Notes under the pieces: generated by a model
Databases searched by the model: none
What the model was told of the DNA's origin: nothing
What the model saw: only the letters and a program-made list of their open reading frames with translations
Position numbers and translations under genes: made by a program
Assembly: GCA_038872135.1 (NCBI GenBank)
Contig: JAVZGN010000009.1
Coordinates: 1-37,057, forward strand
Reading direction: 5' to 3'
Length of the DNA stretch: 37,057 nt
From: Candidatus Hadarchaeales archaeon
GTDB taxonomy: Archaea; Hadarchaeota; Hadarchaeia; Hadarchaeales; Hadarchaeaceae
In this document: positions 24,261 through 34,608 of the stretch, in pieces
Numbering within the stretch: position 1 is the first letter of the stretch
How the letters are laid out: each line of letters opens with the position of its first letter

Positions 24261-25624
24261 CCCATCACCTCCTCGATGACAGCCACTATCCTGTCAAGAT
24301 CTTCCTTCCTGTGAACCTCCGTCGTGGAAAGGAGCGCCGCCTCCCCAAGCTCAGGAAACTCCTCGATTAGCGGCTTTCCACCGTGAATCCTTTTCTCCAG
24401 TAGCCTCCTGTTTAACTCCAAAATGCTCCCATCACACCTCATGACAAACTCATTGAAGTGGGGTGCCTTGAAAACTGGAGCCTCAATTCCATCAACTTTT
24501 GAAAGCCTTCTCATCAAATAAGCAGCATTTGAAGCGCAGGCCTCCGCCACCTCCCTTAAACCAGAAGGTCCGAGGAGAGAGAGATAGACGGCAGCTGCAA
24601 TGGCACAAAGGGCCTCATTTGAACATATGTTCGACGTTGCCCTTTCCCTCCTGATGTGCTGCTCTCTCGTCTGGAGAACCATTACAAAGCCTCTTGCTCC
24701 CCCCTCCACCGTCTCCGTCATCCCTATTACCCTTCCTGGCATCGCCCTGAGAAATTCCATCTCCCCTCTGCAGGCAAAAATTCCCAGCGTTGGCCCCCCA
24801 AACCCAACAGGATTCCCCAGAGGTTGCCCCTCCCCAACAACTATGTCTGCCCCATAGTCTCCCGGGGGCCTGAGAATTCCCAGGGAGATTGGATTCACCC
24901 CGACAACAAAAAGGGCTTTCGCACCATGTACAATCTCTGAGATTTCTTCCACCTGCGTCTCCAAGAATCCAAGATAGGAAGGATTCTCTATGTAAACACC
25001 CGCCACTCCATCCATCTTTTTCTTTAGATCATCTAGATCAAGCTGTCCACTCTTCCCATCCTGCTCAATCTTCAGAACCTCAACCCCTTTTCCCCATCCA
25101 TAATTTTTCAAAACGCTTTCTCTTGCCGGTGAAATGAACTTTGGAACCAAAAACTTTCTCCTCCCGGTCAGCCTCACGCACATCAATGCGGCCTCCCCCA
25201 GAGCCGTGGCCCAGTCATACATAGATGAATTGACAACGTCCAGTCCCACCAGTTCCGCCATAAGGCTCTGATACTCAAAGAGGGCTTGGAGCATCCCTTG
25301 GCTAACCTCCGGCTGATAGGGGGTGTAGGAGGTAAGAAACTCTGATCTTTGAACAATCGTCCTAACCGCTGCTGGGATGAAGTGGGGCCAGAGGCCCCCT
25401 CCAAGAAAAACCGGCATTTCCCCAAAAGAAACATTCTTAGCCAGGATCTCCTTTAGATGCCTCCTGACCTCCTGCTCTGAAAGGGGTCCAGGAAGATTCA
25501 GTTTGCCCTTTAACCTGACCTCTGGCGGGATATCAGCAAAGAGCTCATCAACGCTTGAAACCCCAATCTCCCTGAGCATCTCCTCTCTGAGCTTTCTGTG
25601 GTTTGGAATGAACTGACTCTGCAT
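24257..25624 (-). CDS. gcvPA: Glycine dehydrogenase (decarboxylating) subunit 1
   Basis: EFLTSYTPYQPEVSQG.LQALFEYQS, NSSMYD and LQTREQHIRRERATSNICSN. Confidence 0.97.
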   Translation of the reverse strand: MQSQFIPNHRKLREEMLREIGVSSVDELFADIPPEVRLKGKLNLPGPLSEQEVRRHLKEILAKNVSFGEMPVFLGGGLWPHFIPAAVRTIVQRSEFLTSYTPYQPEVSQGMLQALFEYQSLMAELVGLDVVNSSMYDWATALGEAALMCVRLTGRRKFLVPKFISPARESVLKNYGWGKGVEVLKIEQDGKSGQLDLDDLKKKMDGVAGVYIENPSYLGFLETQVEEISEIVHGAKALFVVGVNPISLGILRPPGDYGADIVVGEGQPLGNPVGFGGPTLGIFACRGEMEFLRAMPGRVIGMTETVEGGARGFVMVLQTREQHIRRERATSNICSNEALCAIAAAVYLSLLGPSGLREVAEACASNAAYLMRRLSKVDGIEAPVFKAPHFNEFVMRCDGSILELNRRLLEKRIHGGKPLIEEFPELGEAALLSTTEVHRKEDLDRIVAVIEEVMG

Positions 25625-25633
25625 GGAATCATT

Positions 25634-26047
25634 TTACCCGAGAGATTCTATGTACTTCCGATATGCGCCGGCGTCCATGAGATTCTTCAGCTCCTCCTCG
25701 AGAGAAGCTGGCTCTATCACGCATATCCAGCCTTCTTCGTAGGGGGAGGTGTTCAGCAGCTCGGGTTTCTCCTGAAGAGCCAAGTTCACCTCTTTGACAA
25801 CCCCGCTCAGTGGAGAGTAGATCGCGGAAACTGCTTTTATCGACTCAGCCGCCCCCAGCTCCATCTCCTTCGACTTGGGTTCTCCCACCTGCTTCACCGT
25901 CTTCCCGATCTCTGGAAGCTCAACATAGACAACGTCCCCAAGTTTCTCCTGAGCATAGTCGGTAATTCCAACCCTTGCATTTCCACCCTCGATCTTCACC
26001 CACTCATGCTCTCTCGAATAGTACAATCCTTCCGGGACCTTGCTCAT
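25634..26047 (-). CDS. gcvH: Glycine cleavage system H protein
   Basis: YSREHEW, VGITDYAQ.LGDVVYVELP, lipoyl site ESIKAVS.IYSPLSG and N.SPYEEGW. Confidence 0.97.
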   Translation of the reverse strand: MSKVPEGLYYSREHEWVKIEGGNARVGITDYAQEKLGDVVYVELPEIGKTVKQVGEPKSKEMELGAAESIKAVSAIYSPLSGVVKEVNLALQEKPELLNTSPYEEGWICVIEPASLEEELKNLMDAGAYRKYIESLG

Positions 26048-26220
26048 CCTCTCAGCCTTTAACTCCTCATCCTAGAATACTTAAAAGCTTCTCCAGTGAA
26101 ACTGCAGAACCGCTCGGACCACAGGCCCTATCTGGGCTGATGCTCTGAGAACCGGTGGTTGGAGAAGAGTCCAAAACAGCTGTTATCTCGCTTCTCTGCC
26201 CCTAGTCCAAAACCGCACGG

Positions 26221-26595
26221 CTATTTGGCGGTTGAGACCAGCTTCCCCACCCTCTTAATCATGGCCTTCTCGAATTCTTCCATAAGACCTTTTCTTATCC
26301 TTTCCATTTTTCTCATCTTCTTCTCGAGCCGGCTCACAAACATGGCTGAGAGGGTGATTGGAGCGGCTAAAGCTACAATCAAAAGCGCCGACCAGATGTT
26401 GACCACCCTGAGAGCCACATCTAGGCCTATGAAGAAAAGCGCTGTCGCGAAGAAGAGGATGGTGCCCACAACCCACATCGCCATCCCCATCTTCACGAGC
26501 CGCCTGGAATATCTGCGGTGAAGCTCCCTGAGATGGTAGAGCTCGCGATCAATAACCTGGATTTCCCTCTTTATCTCTGCTGCAGCTTTCGGCAC
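26221..26595 (-). CDS. Hypothetical 2-TM membrane protein
   Basis: GTG start, two TM helices flanked by charged helices; shares a divergent TATA region (26605-26622) with the HMG-CoA reductase gene. Confidence 0.65.
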   Translation of the reverse strand: MPKAAAEIKREIQVIDRELYHLRELHRRYSRRLVKMGMAMWVVGTILFFATALFFIGLDVALRVVNIWSALLIVALAAPITLSAMFVSRLEKKMRKMERIRKGLMEEFEKAMIKRVGKLVSTAK

Positions 26596-26644
26596 AAATT
26601 AACTCTTTAAAAGCGTTTATAACTTTTCTGCAGAATGTGATAGC

Positions 26645-27916
26645 GTGAGCAAGACATCGGAAATTTCGGGCTTCTACAAACTCACCCCGGAAGAGAGACT
26701 CCAAAAGGTAAAGGAGTTCGCTGATCTCACCGAGGAAGAAGTCGAGCTCCTGAAAAAAGCTGGAGCGCTTCCTCTAGACCAAGCCAACCGCATGATAGAA
26801 AATGTCATTGGAACTTTTCCCCTTCCCCTTGGGATTGCCACCCACTTTCTCATCAACGGGAGGGATTATCTGATTCCCATGGCAATTGAGGAGCCATCGG
26901 TTGTCGCCGCAGCTTCAAATGCAGCCAAGATGGCCAGGGCAAAGGGAGGATTCACGGCAGAGAGCACCCGGCCGGTGATGATCGGGCAGATTCAGCTTAC
27001 AAAAATCGAGAATCCTGAAGAGGCCTGCAGAAAAATTGAGGAGAGGAAGGAAGAGATCCTGAGCTTGGCAAACGCCCAGGACCCGATGCTCGTGAAGGTT
27101 GGCGGCGGAGCTGTTGATGTCACCGCGAGGTCCATAGATACTATGGCCGGAAAAATGGTAATCATCCATCTCTTGGTCGACGTCAGGGATGCCATGGGAG
27201 CCAACGCCATAAACACCATGTGCGAGGCTGTTGCCCCAACCATTGAAAAAATCACCGGAGGAAAAGTCTTCTTGAGGATCATCTCAAATCTCGCCGTCCA
27301 CAGGCTAGCCAGAGCAAGGGCCATCTTCTCGAAAGAGGCCCTTGGCGGCGAAGATGTCGTTGATGGAATTCTTCAAGCATATGCTTTTGCCGCTGCCGAC
27401 CCCTATCGCTGCGCAACACACAACAAAGGGATTATGAACGGGGTGATAGCTGTTGCCCTAGCTACTGCCAACGACACAAGAGCTCTGGAAGCCGGCGCTC
27501 ACGCCTATGCTGCTATGGGGGGAATCTATCGTCCTCTCACAAGATGGTCAAAGACATCTGAAGGGGACCTCCTAGGAGAAATTGAGATTCCAGCCGCTGT
27601 CGGGGTGATCGGTGGGGCAACGGCCGTCCATCCCGTCGCAAAAATCTGCAGGAAAATCCTGGGGGTAAAGACGGCAAATGAACTCGGGCAGGTGATGGCC
27701 TGCGTTGGCCTTGCAAACAACCTCGCAGCGATGAGGGCTCTAGCCACCGAAGGCATCCAGCGGGGACACATGAAGCTCCACGCGAGAAACATCGCGGCGA
27801 TGGCTGGGGCAGAGGGAGAGCTAATCGACCTCGTGGCGGCAAGGCTTGTGGCCGAGAGAAAAATCAGAATTGACAGGGCAAAGGAGATTTTAGAGGAGCT
27901 CAAAAGAGGAGGGTGA
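26645..27916 (+). CDS. mvaA: Hydroxymethylglutaryl-CoA reductase, class II
   Basis: [36 protein letters not shown] and [11 protein letters not shown]. Confidence 0.96.
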   Translation: MSKTSEISGFYKLTPEERLQKVKEFADLTEEEVELLKKAGALPLDQANRMIENVIGTFPLPLGIATHFLINGRDYLIPMAIEEPSVVAAASNAAKMARAKGGFTAESTRPVMIGQIQLTKIENPEEACRKIEERKEEILSLANAQDPMLVKVGGGAVDVTARSIDTMAGKMVIIHLLVDVRDAMGANAINTMCEAVAPTIEKITGGKVFLRIISNLAVHRLARARAIFSKEALGGEDVVDGILQAYAFAAADPYRCATHNKGIMNGVIAVALATANDTRALEAGAHAYAAMGGIYRPLTRWSKTSEGDLLGEIEIPAAVGVIGGATAVHPVAKICRKILGVKTANELGQVMACVGLANNLAAMRALATEGIQRGHMKLHARNIAAMAGAEGELIDLVAARLVAERKIRIDRAKEILEELKRGG

Positions 27917-28675
27917 ATGCTCAAGAAGAGAATCATCCCCTGCCTAGATGTGGCAGGTGGAAGAGTTGTGAAAGGGGTGAAATTCAAGCACCTGAAGGAT
28001 GCAGGAGACCCGGCGGAGCTGGCAAGCTGGTACAACAGGCAGGGGGCGGATGAGGTCGTTTTCCTGGACATCATGGCCTCTCCGGAAAGGAGGGAAGCGA
28101 TGTTTGAGGTTGTGAAGAGAACCGCCAACCAACTCTTCATCCCCCTCACCGTTGGAGGTGGCATCCGCTCTTTGAAGGACATTGGAAAAATGCTGAACTC
28201 TGGTGCCGACAAGGTGGCGATAAACACGGCAGCTGTTGAAAATCCCCTTCTAGTGAAGAAATCGGCTAGAGAATATGGGAGCCAATGCATCGTCGTGGCA
28301 ATTGACGCAAAAAAAATTGGGGAGAAAAAATGGGAGGTATACACCTATGGCGGGAGAAAACCCACGGGATTGGACGCAATCAAATGGGCAAAAAAGGTGG
28401 AAAGCTTGGGAGCTGGAGAAATCCTTCTTACCAGCATGGATGCGGACGGGACAAAAGCCGGCTATGACATTGAGCTGACAAAAGAGGTTGTGGACGCTGT
28501 GAAAATCCCGGTGATAGCCTCTGGAGGAGCTGGAAACCCCCACCACATCTATGAAGTTCTGAAATTCACAGGGGCGGATGCAGCCCTGGCCGCTAGCATC
28601 TTCCACTTCGGGGAGTACACCGTTAGGGAGATCAAGAAGTATCTCAGAAGACGCGGGATTCCAGTGAGGTTGTGA
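27917..28675 (+). CDS. hisF: Imidazole glycerol phosphate synthase cyclase subunit
   Basis: [37 protein letters not shown] and ALAASIFH. Confidence 0.98.
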   Translation: MLKKRIIPCLDVAGGRVVKGVKFKHLKDAGDPAELASWYNRQGADEVVFLDIMASPERREAMFEVVKRTANQLFIPLTVGGGIRSLKDIGKMLNSGADKVAINTAAVENPLLVKKSAREYGSQCIVVAIDAKKIGEKKWEVYTYGGRKPTGLDAIKWAKKVESLGAGEILLTSMDADGTKAGYDIELTKEVVDAVKIPVIASGGAGNPHHIYEVLKFTGADAALAASIFHFGEYTVREIKKYLRRRGIPVRL

Positions 28676-28676
28676 A

Positions 28677-29300
28677 ATGAAATTAGCAATTGTCGACTAT
28701 GGAGTAGGAAATCTCCACAGCATCAGGAAGGGGCTTGAGATGGCCGGGGCAGAGGTTACCATAACTCGTGATCCCTCGGAGATCTCAACGGCGGATGGAA
28801 TAGTTCTGCCGGGGGTTGGAGCCTTCAAAAGCGCCATGGATAAGCTGCGCCCGATTTCCGGAGCTGTGAAAGAAGCCACTTCCAGCGGTACCCCAGTCCT
28901 CGGCATATGCCTTGGAATGCAACTGCTGATGGAAAAAAGCGAGGAGAGTGGCGGCTGCAGGGGACTGGGATGGATAAAAGGAGATGTCGTGAGGCTCCCT
29001 GAAACTCTCAAGGTCCCTCACATGGGCTGGAACTCTCTGAAAGTGGTGCAGAAACACCCCCTTCTCAGAGGAATAAAAAGCGGTGCCGAGGTCTATTTTG
29101 TGCACTCATACTACCTCAGACCGGAGAACCAAGATTGTGTCTTAGCCCTGACGGAATATGGAGTGAAATTTCCAGCGGTGATTGCTGATGGATGTCTCTT
29201 CGGAACTCAGTTCCACCCTGAGAAGAGTGGAGAAGTGGGGCTTAGGATCTTGAAAAATTTTGGAAGGATGGTGAAATCTGGTTGGACCCCGGAAAAATAA
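28677..29300 (+). CDS. hisH: Imidazole glycerol phosphate synthase glutamine amidotransferase subunit
   Basis: DYGVGNL, LPGVGAF, GICLGMQ, PHMGWN, YFVHSY and QFHPEKS. Confidence 0.98.
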   Translation: MKLAIVDYGVGNLHSIRKGLEMAGAEVTITRDPSEISTADGIVLPGVGAFKSAMDKLRPISGAVKEATSSGTPVLGICLGMQLLMEKSEESGGCRGLGWIKGDVVRLPETLKVPHMGWNSLKVVQKHPLLRGIKSGAEVYFVHSYYLRPENQDCVLALTEYGVKFPAVIADGCLFGTQFHPEKSGEVGLRILKNFGRMVKSGWTPEK

Positions 29301-29358
29301 ACCAAAGTGAAATCCATAGTAATCGTTAAAATGGATGGACTGAGTTTTTTGTGGTGAA

Positions 29359-31254
29359 ATGAGAATCCTCCTCATCCACGCAGACTTCCTAGAATTCGAA
29401 ACAAAACAGCCGACCCCTCTGGCCGAGGAGCTCCCACAGGAGAAAAAATCTGGAAGGCTTGAGGAGGTCCTCGTCGTCTTCTCAGCGGCTGAGGAGGAGG
29501 ATGAAGCCGACCTGGAAGGAGTGGCGGAAAAGGCGGCGAGGGAGATAGCCGATGTGGCATCTCAGGTTAAGGCTGAGAGAATCGCAATTTACCCCTACGC
29601 CCACCTCTCTCCTTCTCTAGCCTCCCCAAAGGCCGCCACCCGCCTTCTCGATCTCACAGCAGAAAAACTCAGGAAGCTTGGCTTCGAGACCTACCGCCTC
29701 CCCTTTGGCTGGTACAAAGCCTTTAGGCTCAGCTGCAAGGGACATCCCCTGAGCGAGCTCTCCAGACAGATAACCCCAGAAAAAGCAGAAGTGATCTCTC
29801 AGGCCCTCGCCCAGGAAGAGAAGATAACCTCAAGCTGGTATGTGATGGAGCCTGATGGAAAAATGCATGAGATAAAGCTGGAAGGCGAAAAAATAGTCGG
29901 CTATGACTTCTCCAAGGAGAAAAACCTAGAGCTCTTCGCCATTCATGAAATAAAAAGGCAGAGGGAAGCGAAAGAAGAACCTCCTCACATTCAACTCATG
30001 AAAAGGCTGGAGCTCGTCGATTATGAAGAGGGCAGCGACTCCGGAAACTTCAAGTTCTATCCAAAGGGCAGGTTCGTCAAAAACCTGCTGGAAACTTGGG
30101 TGAGGGAGAAAGTAACCAGCTATGGAGCGATGGAGGTCGAAACCCCGATAATGTACGACTATGAGCACCCTGCCCTGAAAGACTACCTGGAAAGATTCCC
30201 GGCAAGGCAGTACACCCTGAAGTCAACCGGGAAGCGGCTTTTTCTCAGGTTCTCTGCCTGCTTCGGACAGTTCCTGATGATTTCTGCCGGAACCATCTCC
30301 TACCGCCATCTCCCCATGAAGCTTTATGAGCTCACCCGCTACTCATTCAGGCTTGAAAAGGCCGGAGAGCTGGCCGGGCTAAGGAGACTAAGGGCCTTCA
30401 CGATGCCAGACATGCACACATTCTGCAAGAATGAAGAGGAGGCAAAAAAAGAATTTCTCGCCCAATTCAGACTCTGTATGCAATGCCTGAAGGAGCTCGG
30501 CTTCTCAAAAAACGACTATGAGACGGGGTTCAGAGCCTCAAGAGAATTTCTGGAGAAAAATAGGGAGTTTGTGGTATCCATAGCAAAAGCCATCGGCCGT
30601 CCCATCCTCCTTGAAATCTGGAGCAGGAGATATGCCTACTTCGATCCAAAATTTGAGTTCAATTTTGTGGACGCCATCGGAAAAGCTTCGGCCCTCTCGA
30701 CAGTCCAAATGGACCATGAGAATGCAAAGAGATATGGAATAACCTATGTAGATGAAAATAACCAAAGACAGCACCCGGTAATCCTCCACTGCTCTCCATC
30801 CGGGAGCCTCGAGAGAGTGATCTACGCTCTCTTGGAGAAGGCCTACAAGGAGCAGAAGGAGGGAAAAGCCCCTGTTCTGCCCCTCTGGCTCTCTCCAACC
30901 CAAGTGAGACTCATTCCTCTGGCCGACCGTCACCTCAAGTTCTGTGAAAAAATCGCAAAACAGCTCTCTAAGTCTCTGGTGAGGGTCGACATTGACGACA
31001 GAGCAGAAACGGTCCAGAAGAAGGTGAGGGATGCCGAAAGGGAGTGGATCTGGTACATCGTTGTGATTGGAGACAAAGAGCTGAAAAGCAAAAAGCTTCC
31101 GGTCAGGGTGAGAGGAAAGAAGACCCTTAGAAAAATGACGGTGAGGACTCTCTCTCAAGAGATAAGCAAGAAAACCAAAGGGATGCCATTTGCCCTCCTG
31201 CCCCTCCCGCTCCATCTCTCAGACAGACCCATCTTCGTTGGTGGCAGTAAATGA
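29359..31254 (+). CDS. thrS: Threonine--tRNA ligase (archaeal type with N-terminal editing domain)
   Basis: MRILLIH, YPYAHLS, PFGWYKAF..CKGHPLSELSR, LRFSACFG, RLRAFTMPDMH and LHCSPSG..ER. Confidence 0.98.
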   Translation: MRILLIHADFLEFETKQPTPLAEELPQEKKSGRLEEVLVVFSAAEEEDEADLEGVAEKAAREIADVASQVKAERIAIYPYAHLSPSLASPKAATRLLDLTAEKLRKLGFETYRLPFGWYKAFRLSCKGHPLSELSRQITPEKAEVISQALAQEEKITSSWYVMEPDGKMHEIKLEGEKIVGYDFSKEKNLELFAIHEIKRQREAKEEPPHIQLMKRLELVDYEEGSDSGNFKFYPKGRFVKNLLETWVREKVTSYGAMEVETPIMYDYEHPALKDYLERFPARQYTLKSTGKRLFLRFSACFGQFLMISAGTISYRHLPMKLYELTRYSFRLEKAGELAGLRRLRAFTMPDMHTFCKNEEEAKKEFLAQFRLCMQCLKELGFSKNDYETGFRASREFLEKNREFVVSIAKAIGRPILLEIWSRRYAYFDPKFEFNFVDAIGKASALSTVQMDHENAKRYGITYVDENNQRQHPVILHCSPSGSLERVIYALLEKAYKEQKEGKAPVLPLWLSPTQVRLIPLADRHLKFCEKIAKQLSKSLVRVDIDDRAETVQKKVRDAEREWIWYIVVIGDKELKSKKLPVRVRGKKTLRKMTVRTLSQEISKKTKGMPFALLPLPLHLSDRPIFVGGSK

Positions 31255-32405
31255 ACTCCAAGGCCTACCGGGCAATTCTCTCACTTGGAATCGTGAGCCT
31301 CTTCGGCGACATAGTCTACGAAAGCTCCAGAGGTCTGATCCCAGACTACATGAAGCTCCTAGGAGCATCTGCCTTTGTGGTAGGGGCCGCGACCGGGGCA
31401 GGGGAATTGGTAGGATTGACTCTTCGACTGGTGAGCGGTGAAATCGCGGACAGGACGAGGATCTACTGGGGATTAACCTTTCTTGGCTATGGACTGATAA
31501 TTTTCATTCCCCTCCTAGCATTCTCCTGGTGCTGGCAAATGGCTGCGATCTTCGTCCTAGCTGAGAGGCTTGGAAAAGCGATAAGGAGCCCGGCTAGGGA
31601 TGTCATCCTCTCGGTGGCCAGCAGGGGGATCGGTTCAGGCAGAGCCTTCGGCATCCATGAGTTTCTAGATCAGCTGGGGGCCATCTTGGGTCCCCTCATC
31701 GTCACCGCCCTCATGTTCTTCACAGGCAACTACACGCTGGCTTTTGCTTCCCTCCTCTGCCCATTCTTCCTCATGCTATTTTTCCTGGTGAAAGCTAGAA
31801 AATACATCGGCCCCCTCACGACTAAAGGAAGAGAGAAGGGGAATGGAGGAATGGGAGGAAGATTCCTGATTTACACTCTCGCGATGACGATAAACACTGT
31901 AGCCATCTTTCCTGCCCCTCTCATCCTCTTCAAAGCGGCGCTCATCTCTGGAGGAGAAAAATGGATTGCCCCGCTTCTCTATACAACGATCCAACTTGCC
32001 GATGCTCCATCCGCTCTGCTGGCTGGAATTGCCTATGACAGGGTTGGGGCAAAAATTTTACTTCTTCCCTTTGCTCTCTCGACTGTTTCTTCTCTGCTTG
32101 CCGTGGTTTCTGGAGATCTGATCCTCCTCACATGTACAGCTATCCTCTTCGGTGTTGTCTTGGGCATGCAGGAGTCTATCTATCGCTCCGCCGTCGCCGA
32201 CCTCACACCTCTTTCAGGGCGGGGCAGGGCCTATGGAATCTTCAACACCGCTTATGGCGTGGCGATTCTTTTAGCAAGCGTGATTTTCGGAGCATTCATC
32301 GACCTTAAGATCCCGCTGGCGACAGCTTCAGTATACATTGTGGTGGCGCAAGTGGTGGCCATCGCTTTGCTCATAAAAGCCCTAGGTAAGCGATCGTCTG
32401 AGTAA
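31251..32405 (+). CDS. MFS transporter
   Basis: About 12 TMs; VSLFGD..YE, G..ADR, ERLGKAIRSPARD, G.AFG.HE.LDQ.GA and RG.AYGIF. Confidence 0.92.
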   Translation: MNSKAYRAILSLGIVSLFGDIVYESSRGLIPDYMKLLGASAFVVGAATGAGELVGLTLRLVSGEIADRTRIYWGLTFLGYGLIIFIPLLAFSWCWQMAAIFVLAERLGKAIRSPARDVILSVASRGIGSGRAFGIHEFLDQLGAILGPLIVTALMFFTGNYTLAFASLLCPFFLMLFFLVKARKYIGPLTTKGREKGNGGMGGRFLIYTLAMTINTVAIFPAPLILFKAALISGGEKWIAPLLYTTIQLADAPSALLAGIAYDRVGAKILLLPFALSTVSSLLAVVSGDLILLTCTAILFGVVLGMQESIYRSAVADLTPLSGRGRAYGIFNTAYGVAILLASVIFGAFIDLKIPLATASVYIVVAQVVAIALLIKALGKRSSE

Positions 32406-32556
32406 CGGTCCTCAACCTAAACAAATGGAGAAAGCAAGATAGAGAAAATGATATTGAAGGATATCTTTCATGCTTTAAGCGATTGTTACCCACCTATTTT
32501 CACGATAGAAACTGAAATGCCAGAAAAACTCTTTTCCGATTGATGGGCAAATCGAT

Positions 32557-33192
32557 GTGATGGCTCAAGAAAATCTCCGCAGGATACTCTCAAAACTTCC
32601 CACTTACTCTAAGGAGCTTGGCTTGAATCTTCACGACCCCAAAGATCGGTTCAAATGGTTTCTGGCTTCTATCCTTTTCGCCAAAAGGATATCTACCAGC
32701 ATCGCCAAACATACATTCGTGGAATTTGAGAAAGCAGGATTGACATCTCCAGACGCCATCCTAGAGGCCGGGTGGGGCAGGCTGGTAGAAGTGCTCGACT
32801 CTGGCGGCTATGTCCGGTATGACTTCTCAACCGCCTCCATCCTCCTAGAATCTATGGCAGCTCTAAACAGGCTTGGTGGTCTTGAAGAAATCCATCGAAG
32901 GGCTACTGACCCAAAGGATCTTGAACGCAGGCTTATGGAGCTGAAAGGGGTTGGTCCAACCGCTGCCAACATCTTCCTTAGAGAACTCCGGGGAATTTGG
33001 CCAAAGGCTAGACCGGCCCCATGTCCAATCGCAAGAAAAGTCGGAAAGCTGCTCGGCCTCCGCGAGATCGAGCCTCATGAGTCGGCTCTCGTGAGACTCC
33101 ATTTGGAGTTCTGCAAGAAGCATCGCTGCGCAGAGTGTCCCGCTAACCCCAGCTGCAGAAGAGCAAAACCGCGAAACCAGCTGAAAACTTAG
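32557..33192 (+). CDS. HhH-GPD superfamily (endonuclease III-like) protein with C-terminal 4-Cys cluster motif
   Basis: FKWFLASILFAKRI, GGYVRYD, HhH LKGVGP..ANIFLRE and CKKHRCAECP....C. Confidence 0.82.
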   Translation: MMAQENLRRILSKLPTYSKELGLNLHDPKDRFKWFLASILFAKRISTSIAKHTFVEFEKAGLTSPDAILEAGWGRLVEVLDSGGYVRYDFSTASILLESMAALNRLGGLEEIHRRATDPKDLERRLMELKGVGPTAANIFLRELRGIWPKARPAPCPIARKVGKLLGLREIEPHESALVRLHLEFCKKHRCAECPANPSCRRAKPRNQLKT

Positions 33193-33403
33193 AAATTCCG
33201 CATAATTCTACAGAGCTGAAACGAAGGGTAAAACATCTATAGCGCACCTTTGTCAAATATTCACGTCACCGCCAACTCGATTTCTAGCGATGGTGTTCCT
33301 TCTCCGAAAAATGCGTGATAGCTTCTATGGATGTTTGGCTTCTCGATCAGCCTAAGATTAATAATGATTTATTAATGACGCGAGGACCTTTAAGTGTGAG
33401 TGA

Positions 33404-34504
33404 ATGAAAACTGCAATCGCCTATGATTTTATCTTGAGTAGGGGCGGGATGGACAAATCTCTGATAATCCTAGCAAAAGCATTTAAAGCAGATATTTGGA
33501 CCACAACTTACTTACCCGAGAAAACTTACCCAGAATTTAAAAAAATAAATATATTTCAGCACCCATTAAAATTCCGGCGCCGCGGGCTGATGCAGGTTGA
33601 AGCGATATTTAAATTCAGAAACATGGATCTTTCTGATTATGATCTAATACTCAGCTCGGGCGACTGGGCGAAACAAGTTGCGGTGAGAAACGGGAATCAC
33701 CCCCATCTTCATTTTGAGAATAGTGTGGTGCGAGCCCTTTACGATCTTTATGACTTTATTAGAAATAGATACCACTTCCCCAAACGCCAGCTGTTTGAGG
33801 CATGGGTTGGGTTAATGAGAAAATTAGATCAGCAGGCCGTGCGGATGGTGGATAAATTTGTATGCAATTCTGAAATCACACGGAAAAGGATCAAGAAGTA
33901 CTATAAGAGAGACGCAGAAGTGGTTGGAGTACCACTCAATCTCGAAGGGTTCAAACACAGAGAAGCTGAAGATTTTTTCCTTTCCGTTCAGAGGATTGCT
34001 CCACCAAAGCGAGTCGAACTGCAGATCGAGGCCTTCAAGAACCTGCCTCAGGAAAAACTTGTTGTCGTAGGCACATATGATGATGAAGTGTATGCCGAAA
34101 CTTTAAAAAAAGTAGCCCCCCCAAATGTGAAGTTTTTGGGACCTGTATCGGACAAAGTATTGATAGACTTGTACTCCCGCTGCAAAGCTGTTATACAAAC
34201 GAGCATTGACGAAGATTTTGGACAAATCCCAATAGAAGCTATGGCGTCCGGAAAACCAACAATCGCCGTTAACGAAGGCGGTTTCAAATACACGATAATA
34301 CACGGAAAAACGGGTATATTGATACAAAAACCTTATGTGAAAAATCTTGTAGCGGCGATAAAAAATTTCGATCGTTATAGATTCGACCCAAAATTTTGCA
34401 TGGAAAGAGCCAAGATATACTCTAAGGAAAAATGGATTAAGAACTTGAAAGCCGCTGCAAAGGAACTACTGGAAGAGCATAAGAGAAAATCCAAGATGAC
34501 TTAA
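33404..34504 (+). CDS. Glycosyltransferase family 4 (GT-B)
   Basis: RGGMD, NS..T..RI...Y.R, R..PPKR, EDFG.IPIEAMASGKP.IA...GG. Confidence 0.93.
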   Translation: MKTAIAYDFILSRGGMDKSLIILAKAFKADIWTTTYLPEKTYPEFKKINIFQHPLKFRRRGLMQVEAIFKFRNMDLSDYDLILSSGDWAKQVAVRNGNHPHLHFENSVVRALYDLYDFIRNRYHFPKRQLFEAWVGLMRKLDQQAVRMVDKFVCNSEITRKRIKKYYKRDAEVVGVPLNLEGFKHREAEDFFLSVQRIAPPKRVELQIEAFKNLPQEKLVVVGTYDDEVYAETLKKVAPPNVKFLGPVSDKVLIDLYSRCKAVIQTSIDEDFGQIPIEAMASGKPTIAVNEGGFKYTIIHGKTGILIQKPYVKNLVAAIKNFDRYRFDPKFCMERAKIYSKEKWIKNLKAAAKELLEEHKRKSKMT

Positions 34505-34608
34505 AACAAAATCCTAGACGAAATATCAAAGTATAAGCGGGGGAGAACTCACGAGATTGGCTGTTGTCCTCTTTAAATTCCCTTTCCGCCATCGACAATT
34601 TCTGCTAG

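Noticed and set aside
26050-26220. Glycine riboswitch upstream of gcvH, or an ORB element (CTCCAGTGAAAC)
   Set aside because: No GGAGA...CCGAAG...CUCAGG aptamer core on the minus strand, and the region lies upstream of the likely gcvH TATA. The ORB-like word is single, imperfect and has no cdc6 nearby.
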